DNA from: Pelagomonas calceolata
Taxonomy: Eukaryota
Assembly: GCA_918797485.1 (NCBI GenBank)
Contig: CAKKNE010000002.1
Span: 5,828,001-5,892,000 of the forward strand
Reading direction: 5' to 3'
DNA: 64,000 bases
Shown here in pieces: positions 1 to 9,200 of this stretch. Within the stretch, counting starts at the first letter, position 1, and every line of letters begins with the position of its first letter. The notes under the pieces are model-generated. The model was given only the letters and a program-made list of their open reading frames with translations, had not been told where the DNA came from and did no database searches. The position numbers were made by a program, and so were the translations under genes.

Positions 1-772
1 ACACAATGCGCGTGCCCGACGACCCCTCAATCTCACCTTCTTCTCTGACAGTGAATCCTGATTTGGCATCCGACGACCAGGTATGTGTTTTGTCGGAGTT
101 CATGCTTTTTGTCGTTACTGTCATTTTGTCCGCAACCAAATAACCGGAGTAGAAGCCGACGCCGAACTGCCCTATGAGATTGACGTCGTCCGGAGCGTCA
201 CCAAGAGCTTCGGCGAAGGCCTTCGTGCCGGACTTGGCTATTTTACCGAGATTGGCCACGAGCTCGTCGCGGCTCATGCCGACACCGCTGTCCTCGATCG
301 TCAACGTCTTCTTGTCCGGGTCCGCCGTGATCCGCACCCGCAGCGCGTCGGCGGCGTTGCCCGCTTCGATGGACAGAAAGCGCTTCTTGTCGCAGGCGTC
401 GGCCGCGTTGCTCACGAGCTCTCGGAGGAAGACGTCCTTGTCGCTGTACAGGGAATTGATGATGATCTCCATCACTCTATCCGTCTCCGCCGTGAACCTG
501 CGTGTGGCACCGTCGCGAAACTGCTCTCTCGCGAGACGCGTGGACTCTCATGCGGCCGCGTCGCGACGCGAGGCGCCCGCGTCAACGCGAAGTGTCGGTA
601 CCACGCTGGATCGTTGCTCGAAGGTCTCCTCGGCGACAGCCGAGCGGAGCGCCGACTCGGAGCGGAGTGGCAGCACTGATGACTTAGCAGCCGGCGTTGT
701 TGCCACGATTCGCGGCGGCGCGAAGGCCTGCACGCAAGCGGCCAGCGCGAGGGCCACAACGGTGCGCTGCAT
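1..772 (-). CDS. HSP90: Plastid-targeted HSP90 chaperone (5' part; continues past the left window edge)
   Basis: Exon 772-618 encodes signal peptide MQRTVVALALAACVQA-FAPP plus a transit peptide. A GC-AG intron 617-498 joins EETFE|FTAE. Exon 497-1 reads VMEIIINSLYSDKDVFLRELVSNAADA...IEDSGVGM...LIGQFGVGFYS...GTRIV, all canonical HSP90 ATPase motifs. Confidence 0.95.
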
Positions 773-1149
773 TGTAATTGCTGTCGTTGTTTTATATCAA
801 TCCGTGCGCGTGTACGAGCCCTGTTATGCCGCTGGCGAGACAGAGAGCATTTTGAGTGCGGGGTTCAAACACCGCTCCGGGGCCATTGTGCAAGGCAGCG
901 ACCTCTTCAGACGGGTGAAGACGCTTGGGAAAGCGCGATTGGGCGCAAAATAGGGTGTCTCGGAGCAGCATGCAGAGGCTAACCCAGGCAACAAAAAGCG
1001 TAGCAGCACAGCGCATTCGTGCCAGCGAGGGCAGCGAGAGAGCCACAGCAATACCTTCGAAGGCGGAGGCTGCAAAAAACGAGAAATAACATCCGCGGCG
1101 CGGCCGACTAAGCACCAGCAAAATAGCATCAATTGGCAGAATCTCATCG

Positions 1150-2286
1150 ATGGATTTCGCCTCAATGCTCAGCTCTTACGACGGCGCCGCAGCGGCCCCA
1201 GCGCCAGCCCCAGCACGCATCCCCAAAAAGAGCAAGGAGAGCCGATTATCAAGAGACGAGCGTCGGCTGCGCGACGCATTAGAACAAGGCGCGCAGCAGG
1301 CTTTGAGTGATGCGAGGCGCGCCGTCGCCGACCGGCCGCCGAAGAAACGAATAGCGGTCTGTTTTACAATTGTGGACGGCCTGCCGCACGAGCGCTGCTG
1401 GCGGCGCTGGGCCGCCGAATTGGAGAAAAGGGGCGTGGACGTGCGCTTCTACGCCCACGCCCACCGGCGCGAGAAGGCCCAGCGGTCGTCGGCCTGGCTC
1501 GCGGAGCGTATGATCCGGGACCACTACGAGACGCGCTGGGGGTCGATCGAATTAGTAAGGGCGACGCTCGCACTCCTCGACGACGCGCTGAGGGACGACC
1601 CCGCGCTCGTCGCCTTCGCGTCGGAGACGTGCGTGCCGATTGATGTGGACGCGGCCGCGGCGCTCGTATCAAAGCCGACGACGTTCCTGCAGTGCACGTG
1701 CCGGCCGGACAACGGCTACGCGCGCGAGCGCCAGTGGGAGAAGGTCGACCGCGTCATCGAGGCCGCCAAAATTTGTAAAGCGGACCAGTGGGTCGCGCTC
1801 TCCGCGACGCACGCGCGCGCGTGCGCCGCGCTCGACGCCTGCGTGCGCCGGGAGGCGCGCTCTCAAGGTGCGCGCGACGCGCCGTCGTTGTGGCGCCTGC
1901 TGCGCCGGTGCACGGCGGCCGACGAGCTGCTCTTCCCGGTCTCGCTCGCGCTCATGGGCGAGCTGCGGAAGCCCGACGGCGCGTCCGTGCCGGGCACGGC
2001 GCGCCTCGCGCCGGAGCGGTCTGCGGACATCGAAGACAAGCGCCTCACCTACTGCGACTGGTCGCGGGGCGGCACGTCGCCGAAGACCTTCGACGCGCTC
2101 ACGGCCGACGTCGTCCGCGCGGCGCGCGGCGCGGGCTGCCTCTTCGCGCGCAAGGTCGCGGCCGCCGTCGACGAGGCGACCTGGGCGGCGCTCGTGCTCC
2201 CGGCGAAGCGCGGGCGCGACGACGCCGATGGCGGGGACTCGTCGCCGAAGCGGGCGCGCGGTGACGGCGCGCCGGCGGCGGAGTAG
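1150..2286 (+). CDS. Core-2/I-branching-type glycosyltransferase (GT14/Branch-like)
   Basis: Motifs RWGSIELVRA, FASETCVPI, KADQWVALS, ADELLFP, LTYCDWS and CLFARKV match the plant-type Branch family pattern. Confidence 0.8.
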   Translation: MDFASMLSSYDGAAAAPAPAPARIPKKSKESRLSRDERRLRDALEQGAQQALSDARRAVADRPPKKRIAVCFTIVDGLPHERCWRRWAAELEKRGVDVRFYAHAHRREKAQRSSAWLAERMIRDHYETRWGSIELVRATLALLDDALRDDPALVAFASETCVPIDVDAAAALVSKPTTFLQCTCRPDNGYARERQWEKVDRVIEAAKICKADQWVALSATHARACAALDACVRREARSQGARDAPSLWRLLRRCTAADELLFPVSLALMGELRKPDGASVPGTARLAPERSADIEDKRLTYCDWSRGGTSPKTFDALTADVVRAARGAGCLFARKVAAAVDEATWAALVLPAKRGRDDADGGDSSPKRARGDGAPAAE

Positions 2287-2475
2287 TTGTTTTATTGTGT
2301 ATATCTTTTTGCTGAATAGCAGCTTTGGTCCTTGCTACGTCTGCGTCGATGTCGCAATTGCCTAGGAGGCGCGCGCCCGGGGTGATATGTACACCGTGAC
2401 AACCGTGACAAATTGACAACTGCTGCTTGCTTAAGAGCTAGGCCGCCTAGCTACCCGGCCGCCGCGGGGGCTGCG

Positions 2476-2614
2476 TGACCGAACGCCCGCCCCGCCCCCG
2501 CCCGCGTACGCCGTCGCCCCGAGTGTTGCTTCGGAGGCGACGACGGCGAGGGGGGAGCAGGCCGGACGCCGGAATCCCAGGTCCGCGACGGTGGCGCATC
2601 GGGGGCCGCCGCGG
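2476..2614. repeat. Dispersed repeat, copy 1 (copy 2 at 54735-54880)
   Basis: The 98-bp core 2517-2614 aligns to 54783-54880 with about 5 mismatches, with weaker similarity extending 5'. Confidence 0.9.
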
Positions 2615-3231
2615 GGTAGCGGCGCCCTACCCGGAGGGGACGCGTCCGGGCGCCACGCGCGTTCCGCCTCCGGCCTCCCGTCGCCGAAGCTCGGTGGGCC
2701 CGGGCGCCGCCACCGCGCCCTCGGCCAGGGGCGGTGGCGGCGGCCCGGCCTCGACCGGGGCTCCAACGTCGAATACAGAGGCCGCGGCGACCCGTCGCGG
2801 CTCCCGGGCACGCGGGGGGAATGGGGGCTTGGCCGTGGTCGTGTCGGTCTCGGAGTAGAGGACGCCGCCGGCCGGACGCCGATGAGGAGTAACCTTGGCG
2901 GCCTTGGTGAGCCCGAAGGGGACGCCGTAGCACGCCGAAGAGGAAGCCGACTCTCGCGGAAGAGGCCGCCGCGGCGTCGGGAAGTCGGGGAGGGCGCGAG
3001 GTAGACCAGGAGCCGCCGCAGTTGAGCTCCTCGCCGATCTCCCCTGGATTTGGCGCGCACCAGGGCCGCGAACGATCACGTTGATGCCGCCGAAGCGCCT
3101 GGCGCACCCGCCTTCGGGTGGGCTTTGATCTTGAAGGTGCGACGGTAGGCCGCCGAAGTCCCACATCACCTCCGCGGCGACGCGAGTCGTTTTGCAACCG
3201 CAAATTAAATGCGGACAAAACGCACCTTAGA

Positions 3232-5847
3232 CTAGAGCTCGTCGCCGCACTCGTCGAGGACGAGGTCGTTCGCCGCGACGCACCGCGTGCGGCCCGACTG
3301 CGGCGGCGGCTCGTCCGCGGGCGGCGGCGGCGCCGCCGCGGCTTCGTCCTCGGCGGCGCCGTCGTCGATGACGAGGTCCTCGGCGCCGAAGAACGTCCGT
3401 CGCATTCGTGTTTGCGTCGGTGCGGGCTCGGCGGCGCCGTCGCCGCCCCAGGCGGCCGACGGCGACGCCGCGGGCGCGGGCGCGGCGGGCGCCGGCGCCG
3501 GCGCAGACGCTGGCGCGGCGCCCCCTTCGGCGGCCGGCTCCTTCAAACCTAATGCAGCTAACCGCTCCTCGAACGCGCGCGTCATCGTTTTTTTGAGTTC
3601 ATTTTTGGTCTTCTGCGCCTCCTTGAGCTCCTTGTACTTGTCGTAGCATTCCCGTTTGCTCCGTCCGACGATGCCGCTGATCTGCCGCCACCGCTGCTGC
3701 TTCTCGACGGTCGACGGCACTTCTTTGCAGGCCTTCTTCAGTTTCGTGACGTCCTCTTTGGTCCACGGCTTTGTGTCTTTCTTCGGTCGGGCGGTCTTGG
3801 GCCGGGCGGTCTTTGGCCTAGCTCCATTAGCTATCGACTGCATTTGATCTTTGCTCATGGTGCTGCGGGGCAGCGTGGCGAGGCTCCTTTGGCACATCTT
3901 CGTGTGGGGATGATCGGTGCCGTACGCGCGCGTCCATATCGGAAGAACGCGTTCTAGGAGCTCACGCTTCTTGGACATATCACCGAGGGCGCCGTGAGCG
4001 ACGCCGAGATTGAACAGCGTGATGGCCACTTGCGCGTGGTCGCGGCCGTACGCCCGCTCCTGGATCGCGAGCGCGCGTTCCAGCACGTCTCGCTTCTTCG
4101 CGTGGTCGCCCAAGTCGCCGTACGCGTTCCCGAGGTTTCCCAGCACAGCGGCCACTTGCGGGTGGTCGCGGCCGTACGCCCGCTCGAAGATCGCGAGCGC
4201 CCGCTCCTGCATGTCTTGCTGCTTCGCGGGGTCGTCCAAGTCGCCGTACACGATCCCGAGGTTCCCCAGCGTGGTGGCCACTTTCGTGTGGTCGCGGCCG
4301 TACGCCCGCTCCTCTATCGCGAGCACGCGCTCCAGCATGTCGCGCTGCTTAGCGTAGTCGCCTAAGGCGCCGTACGCGTTCCCAAGGTTCCCCAGCGTGG
4401 TGGCCACTTTCGTGTGGTCGCGGCCGTACGCCCGCTCCTCGATCGCGAGCGCGCGCTCCTGCATGTCGCGCTGCTTAGCGTAGTCGCCTAAGACGCCGTA
4501 CGCGCTCCCGAGGTTCATCAGCGTGCTGGCCACTTTCGTGTGGTCGCGGCCGCACGCCCGCTCCTCGATCGCGAGCGCCCGCTCATACATGCCTCGTGCC
4601 TTGGCGTGGTCGCCTAAATCACCATGAATGTTCCCGAGGTTCGTCAGCACGACGGCCACTTGCGTGCTGTCGCTACCGTACTCGCGCTCGTAGATTGAGA
4701 GCGCGCGTTCGTAGGCGTCGCGTGCCTTGGCGTAGTCGCCGGGGCCATTGTAGGCGCCCCCAAGCTCAAACAGCGCCTCACCCGCCTCCTCGCTCTCCCC
4801 ACCAAACGCGAGCATCTTCTTCACTAAGATTGCTTCCCGGACCTTCACGACGCCCGCGTACTCTGAGATCGACGTGAGCAATTCACAGAGCCCGTCGAGC
4901 AAATTCGCGTCCGCGTCGGACCCGAGCACGTGGTCCACCAACTCATCCACATCGTTCGCCTCGTCGACGGGCAGCTTGCACAGCATCTCGAGCCGCTGCG
5001 CGACGGCATCTGAATTGCCCAAGAAAAACGACCGAAAGTACTCGTAGACCGTGTGGCTCCGGTGCAGCGCTTCCGACTCTTTGATCGGCATGAGATGAAT
5101 TTGCAGCTCGCACATGTGCGACACGTTCTCAACTTTCACGGCGACGTTCATCAAAATATCCTGATAGCCGTTGAAGAGCGGCGGCGCGAACCGGTTCTTC
5201 GTTCGCACGATATCAACGCGGTCATCCGCTTCGAGCGACGCGTAGAGCTGCACGATGGCGTCCTCTGTCTGACAGAGCGCGGCGCCACGCGTAATATCAA
5301 AAAGCCAGCTGTAGCACGGCGCCGTCTTGTCCTTGTACTCGTCTCGCGCCTTGGCGCCGGCGCGGTCGCGGCCCTTCAGCGGCGCGAACATCAGCTTTAC
5401 ACCGCTTTCAGGGCACGCGGCCGTCATAATCTCCTCGAACTGCACGCGCGCCAGCGCGGCGACATCGTACAGCGCGTCGAGCGACGCGGCCGGCTCGCCG
5501 TCGAGCCCGTACTGCCGACACTCGTCTCCTAAATTCTTGCCCACCCACGGGATCTTCTTCACATCGCCCCTGATGTGCTCGCGCGCGATCTCGTCGATCT
5601 GCTCCCGCGCTGCCTTAAACGCCTTTAGGTTGTGAAACATGCACTTCCGCGGGTCGAGCGCGCGTTCGTCGTGCTCCTTGGCGTAGGCCTCTATCGTGGG
5701 CCACGGCACCGTGCGCGTTCCGTCCGGGCCCTCGGTCGCGGCCGCATCGAAGGCTCGCTTCGCCTTGTCGTCGAAGAGGACGCCGACCTCGCTTTTTAGT
5801 TTTACTTCGGTGAGCGGTTTCTTGTCGGTCGACACGTTTGAGCCCAT
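3232..5847 (-). CDS. RelA/SpoT-like nucleotidyltransferase + TPR array + Myb/SANT protein
   Basis: 871-aa ORF starting MGSNVS (myristoylation-like). NTase motifs PLKGRDRAGAK, LFDITRG, KNRF...NGYQDILMNV and CELQIH lie at ~5480-5025. Seven 42-aa TPRs follow, then the Myb-like segment WTKEDVTKLKKA...RWRQISGIVGRSKRECYDKYKEL. Confidence 0.85.
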   Translation of the reverse strand: MGSNVSTDKKPLTEVKLKSEVGVLFDDKAKRAFDAAATEGPDGTRTVPWPTIEAYAKEHDERALDPRKCMFHNLKAFKAAREQIDEIAREHIRGDVKKIPWVGKNLGDECRQYGLDGEPAASLDALYDVAALARVQFEEIMTAACPESGVKLMFAPLKGRDRAGAKARDEYKDKTAPCYSWLFDITRGAALCQTEDAIVQLYASLEADDRVDIVRTKNRFAPPLFNGYQDILMNVAVKVENVSHMCELQIHLMPIKESEALHRSHTVYEYFRSFFLGNSDAVAQRLEMLCKLPVDEANDVDELVDHVLGSDADANLLDGLCELLTSISEYAGVVKVREAILVKKMLAFGGESEEAGEALFELGGAYNGPGDYAKARDAYERALSIYEREYGSDSTQVAVVLTNLGNIHGDLGDHAKARGMYERALAIEERACGRDHTKVASTLMNLGSAYGVLGDYAKQRDMQERALAIEERAYGRDHTKVATTLGNLGNAYGALGDYAKQRDMLERVLAIEERAYGRDHTKVATTLGNLGIVYGDLDDPAKQQDMQERALAIFERAYGRDHPQVAAVLGNLGNAYGDLGDHAKKRDVLERALAIQERAYGRDHAQVAITLFNLGVAHGALGDMSKKRELLERVLPIWTRAYGTDHPHTKMCQRSLATLPRSTMSKDQMQSIANGARPKTARPKTARPKKDTKPWTKEDVTKLKKACKEVPSTVEKQQRWRQISGIVGRSKRECYDKYKELKEAQKTKNELKKTMTRAFEERLAALGLKEPAAEGGAAPASAPAPAPAAPAPAASPSAAWGGDGAAEPAPTQTRMRRTFFGAEDLVIDDGAAEDEAAAAPPPPADEPPPQSGRTRCVAANDLVLDECGDEL
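3925..4806 (-). repeat. Coding tandem repeat, 7 x 126 bp (kinesin-light-chain-type TPR)
   Basis: The motif gtggtcgcggcc recurs at 4036, 4162, 4288, 4414 and 4540, an exact 126-bp period. The protein unit is YGRDHxxVAxxLxNLGxxYGxLGDxAKxRDxxERALAIxERA. Confidence 0.95.
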
Positions 5848-6232
5848 GCTTCACGAGGCTGCCGCACTGCGTTGCAATCGAGGGTCGTTAACGAATTGTT
5901 GGGCAGCGCTCCGGCTCTCGCGTCTCTGCTGGGCAGCGCGTGCCAGTGCGCTGCATCGATGGCGCTCGGATCCTAGTGCCTCTCTCGTCCGGGTATAAAG
6001 CCGCTACAGATCGATCCCCACCTAGAGCTCCGAACACTACCCAACGACCGCTAGGCGGATTTCCGAGGGGGGGCATAGCCAGGCAAAGCTGAGAGAGGGC
6101 CGCTGCGCAAAGGCCAAAACGCCGGCACCATGGGTAGGAGACGCGGCCGCCGGCGGGCAATGAAAGCGCAGTGATCGCAACGAAAGCACATAGCTGCCCC
6201 GGCGACGAGTGATCGAAACCGAAGCACATAGC

Positions 6233-9200
6233 ATGAGGCAGCTGTGGGCAGCAGCCCTTGTCGCGACGGCGGCGGCCTTCGAGCTCGCGAGCTTCACCTA
6301 TTCCGCGGGCGAGGGCCTCATCACGCTGACCTTCGACGAGGCCGTGCAGTCGCGGACGCTCAACGCCAGCGGCATCGTGCTTATGTCGAACGCGACGGCG
6401 GAGCGCGCGCCCATGCAGCGGTTTAGGTTAAGGGGCGCGCACCCGACGCTGGGCCAGTTCTTGTATACGACGCCCTACAACACGACGGAGACGCTGACGC
6501 TCGTCATGCGCGACGACGATTTACTGGAAGTCCAGGCCTTGTCCGATCTGGCCGTCGACGCGAAGTCGGTCTGGCTCGTCGCGGAAGAAGGTCTAGCAAG
6601 GGCCGTGTCGGACAACGACCGCAGCGCTGCGATTACCAAACCGCTGGAGGTCGATACGTACGTGCCCGATACGTTACAGAGCGAGATGGAGCTGTATACC
6701 ATCGACATGCACGAGGGCTTGATCTGCTTCAAGTTTTTGGAGCCGGTGGATCGGTCCTCGCTGGACCTGTCGGGAGTCATTCTCCAGACGGACGTTAATG
6801 TGTTAGACGTGGACACCGGATATGAGTGTCGCAACGTCGACCAGGACTCGTGCGTGCAGTTGACACTGGTCAATGAGGAGTCGAAATTACTGGACATCCC
6901 CTGCAAGCCCACGAACGTGTCCTCGACGAATAATGACAGCGTCACGACGTGGTCCGTGGTATGCCTCAACACGACGACGGTCGAGGATTCGCTCTGGCTG
7001 AATGTGTCACTAGGTCCAAAAAACTTGAACGCCATCAAGGCGGCCTACCCGCTCGGCTCGCAAGCGCATCTGACGAATCTCGCGTTATCTTCACCCATAG
7101 CCAATGATAGGGGAGGCAACGCGTTCCTGACCATCAGTCTGCGGCCCGAGATGGCGTTAACGCCAGAAAGCTGGATCGGCGACCAGAATCGGCCCATTCT
7201 CGTCTCATTCGCGGTGGACATGGACTCGGGTCAAATTGATTTAACCTTTAACGAGACGGTGAACGCGAACGAACTGGATGTCACTTGTGTCTCATTGCAC
7301 GAGACGCGGGACAACCGGACGGGCGGGTTGTTCCACTACCTAAGGTCGTATGGGCCCCAAGGGGCGCGGACGAAGGGTAGCCTTGTGTCGACTGGTGACG
7401 GTCCCACGCTGATTATACAGATGTCGCGCGAGGATTCGGATGAGATCAAACGCAAGCCGAGACTACTCACGGGCAGAGATACGTCTTTCGTAGCGTTGGA
7501 CTGCGACGAGACGTATCGAGACAACGCCTTCCCCGTGAATTTCGGGATACGACGCTCGCGCGTCGATGCGTTACAGGCCGAGGTCTTTGTCCCGGACACC
7601 ACGCGACCGGTCCTAACGTCCGCATCCCTGGATCTGGACGTCAAAATTCTCACGTTAGAGTTCGACGAGACGGTCAACGCCTCTTCACTCATCGTCGACT
7701 ACCTACAAGTGCAGTCGACCGAACGAGACTTGAGTTACACGGAAAGAGTGCAGTTGGAGTCCTACGTCACGGCCGGCGACATCAGGCACGACCGGATGTC
7801 TAGACGAGGCTCGGGACGAATCAGCCCGGCGGGCTCGAACGTTTCCATTGCTATTGGTGATAGGGACTTTGCCGCGATGAAGCTCGCGACGACTTTCGGG
7901 AGTGACGCGACGTCGACCTTCGTCGCTGCCCTAGGCGGCGCGGTCCTCGACATGAACGGCAACAAGCTCACGGAAGTGCCGCTGTCAAAAGCGGTCGCCG
8001 CGACGAATGGCGTCTTTCGCGACAACCAGCCACCTTCGCTCGCGAGCTTCGCGCTGGATCTGGATTCGGGGGTCTTCGCGTTGCAGTTCGACGAGCCCGT
8101 GACACGAGCGTCACTCGATATGACGAAGTGCACGCTGGCCGCGGCCGACAACGAAGACTCCGAGAGGGTTTTATTTACGAACACGCACGAGTTCCTTGAA
8201 AGTACAGATATCGATGCGCGGCGCGTTCGAAACTTACTCAGGCTGGACTTCGACCCCGTGACGGATGGCATGGGTTCGGAAGTGCTGTATGTCAAACTCA
8301 GTCAAAAGGACCTAAACAACCTAAAAATCGCCGAAACGCTAGCGGTCGACATCCAATCGACGAAGTGGCTCAGCGAATTGGGATGGGTTGCAGATAGTGT
8401 CACCGCGAACCCGTCGCCCTCCGTGACGTACGAGACCGCAAGAAACTTTTCAACGGACGTGACGTCTCCCCTGTTAACGGGCGGCACCGTCGACTTAGAT
8501 GCCGCGATCTTAACGTTGCAGGCGGACGAGCCCGTGCGCGGTGCCAGTGCGAACGCTTCGTACTTCCGTATTAGTTCAAGAGCGGACGGCTCGGGGCACA
8601 CCGTGGACGTCGACGCCGACACTCTACTGTCGCCAGACGCGAAAGATGCGACCTCACTGAATTTCAGACTGGACTGCTTTACACTAGATCAACTAAAGTT
8701 GTGGGGCCCGCACCAGGCCTTCCTGAGCCACCAGCCTTTCCGCTATGAATACGGAGGCGGTCTGACGGACATGTACGGCAACACTCTGGCTGTCGTGAAT
8801 GGTTCTAAAAACACGTCACTCCCAGCTACCGTCGTCGCCGACTTCACGTCCCCTTCGCTCATTGGTTTTGACTTCGGCGCGAACATCACGTTGAGGTTCG
8901 ACGAGCCCGTCGATCCCGTCTCGTTGCGGGACATGGACGAAAGTTGGTACCTCCAGAAACGAGCCGATAGTATGTCGGGCTTCCAGTCCATTAGGATCGC
9001 GTCTCATACGACACCGTCTCGCACCTTAGAAGCCGGCGTCGGGCGCTACGCGATGGCTCTCATCGATGCGGACACGCAGTTCGGCACGCAGCCCGCGGAT
9101 ACGTTCTTGCGACCGGTCGTGGCCGCGGCAGCTTTGGATATCGCCGGGAACCCGCTCGAGAGCATACCTGATGGCTCCGCGTTGCAGCTCGGGCCTCGAG

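Noticed and set aside
83..953. Long plus-strand ORFs 83-679 and 174-953, and the many similar antisense or off-frame ORFs across the window
   Set aside because: Shadow ORFs of real genes in high-GC DNA (here HSP90 on the minus strand); Arg/Ala/Pro-rich with no motifs.
2627..3169. Minus-frame peptides FGGINVIV (Pif1 motif III-like) and YGVPFGLT (RT-like)
   Set aside because: The required neighbouring residues (GD..QLPP; YxDD) are absent, and the matches are too short to call a transposon ORF.
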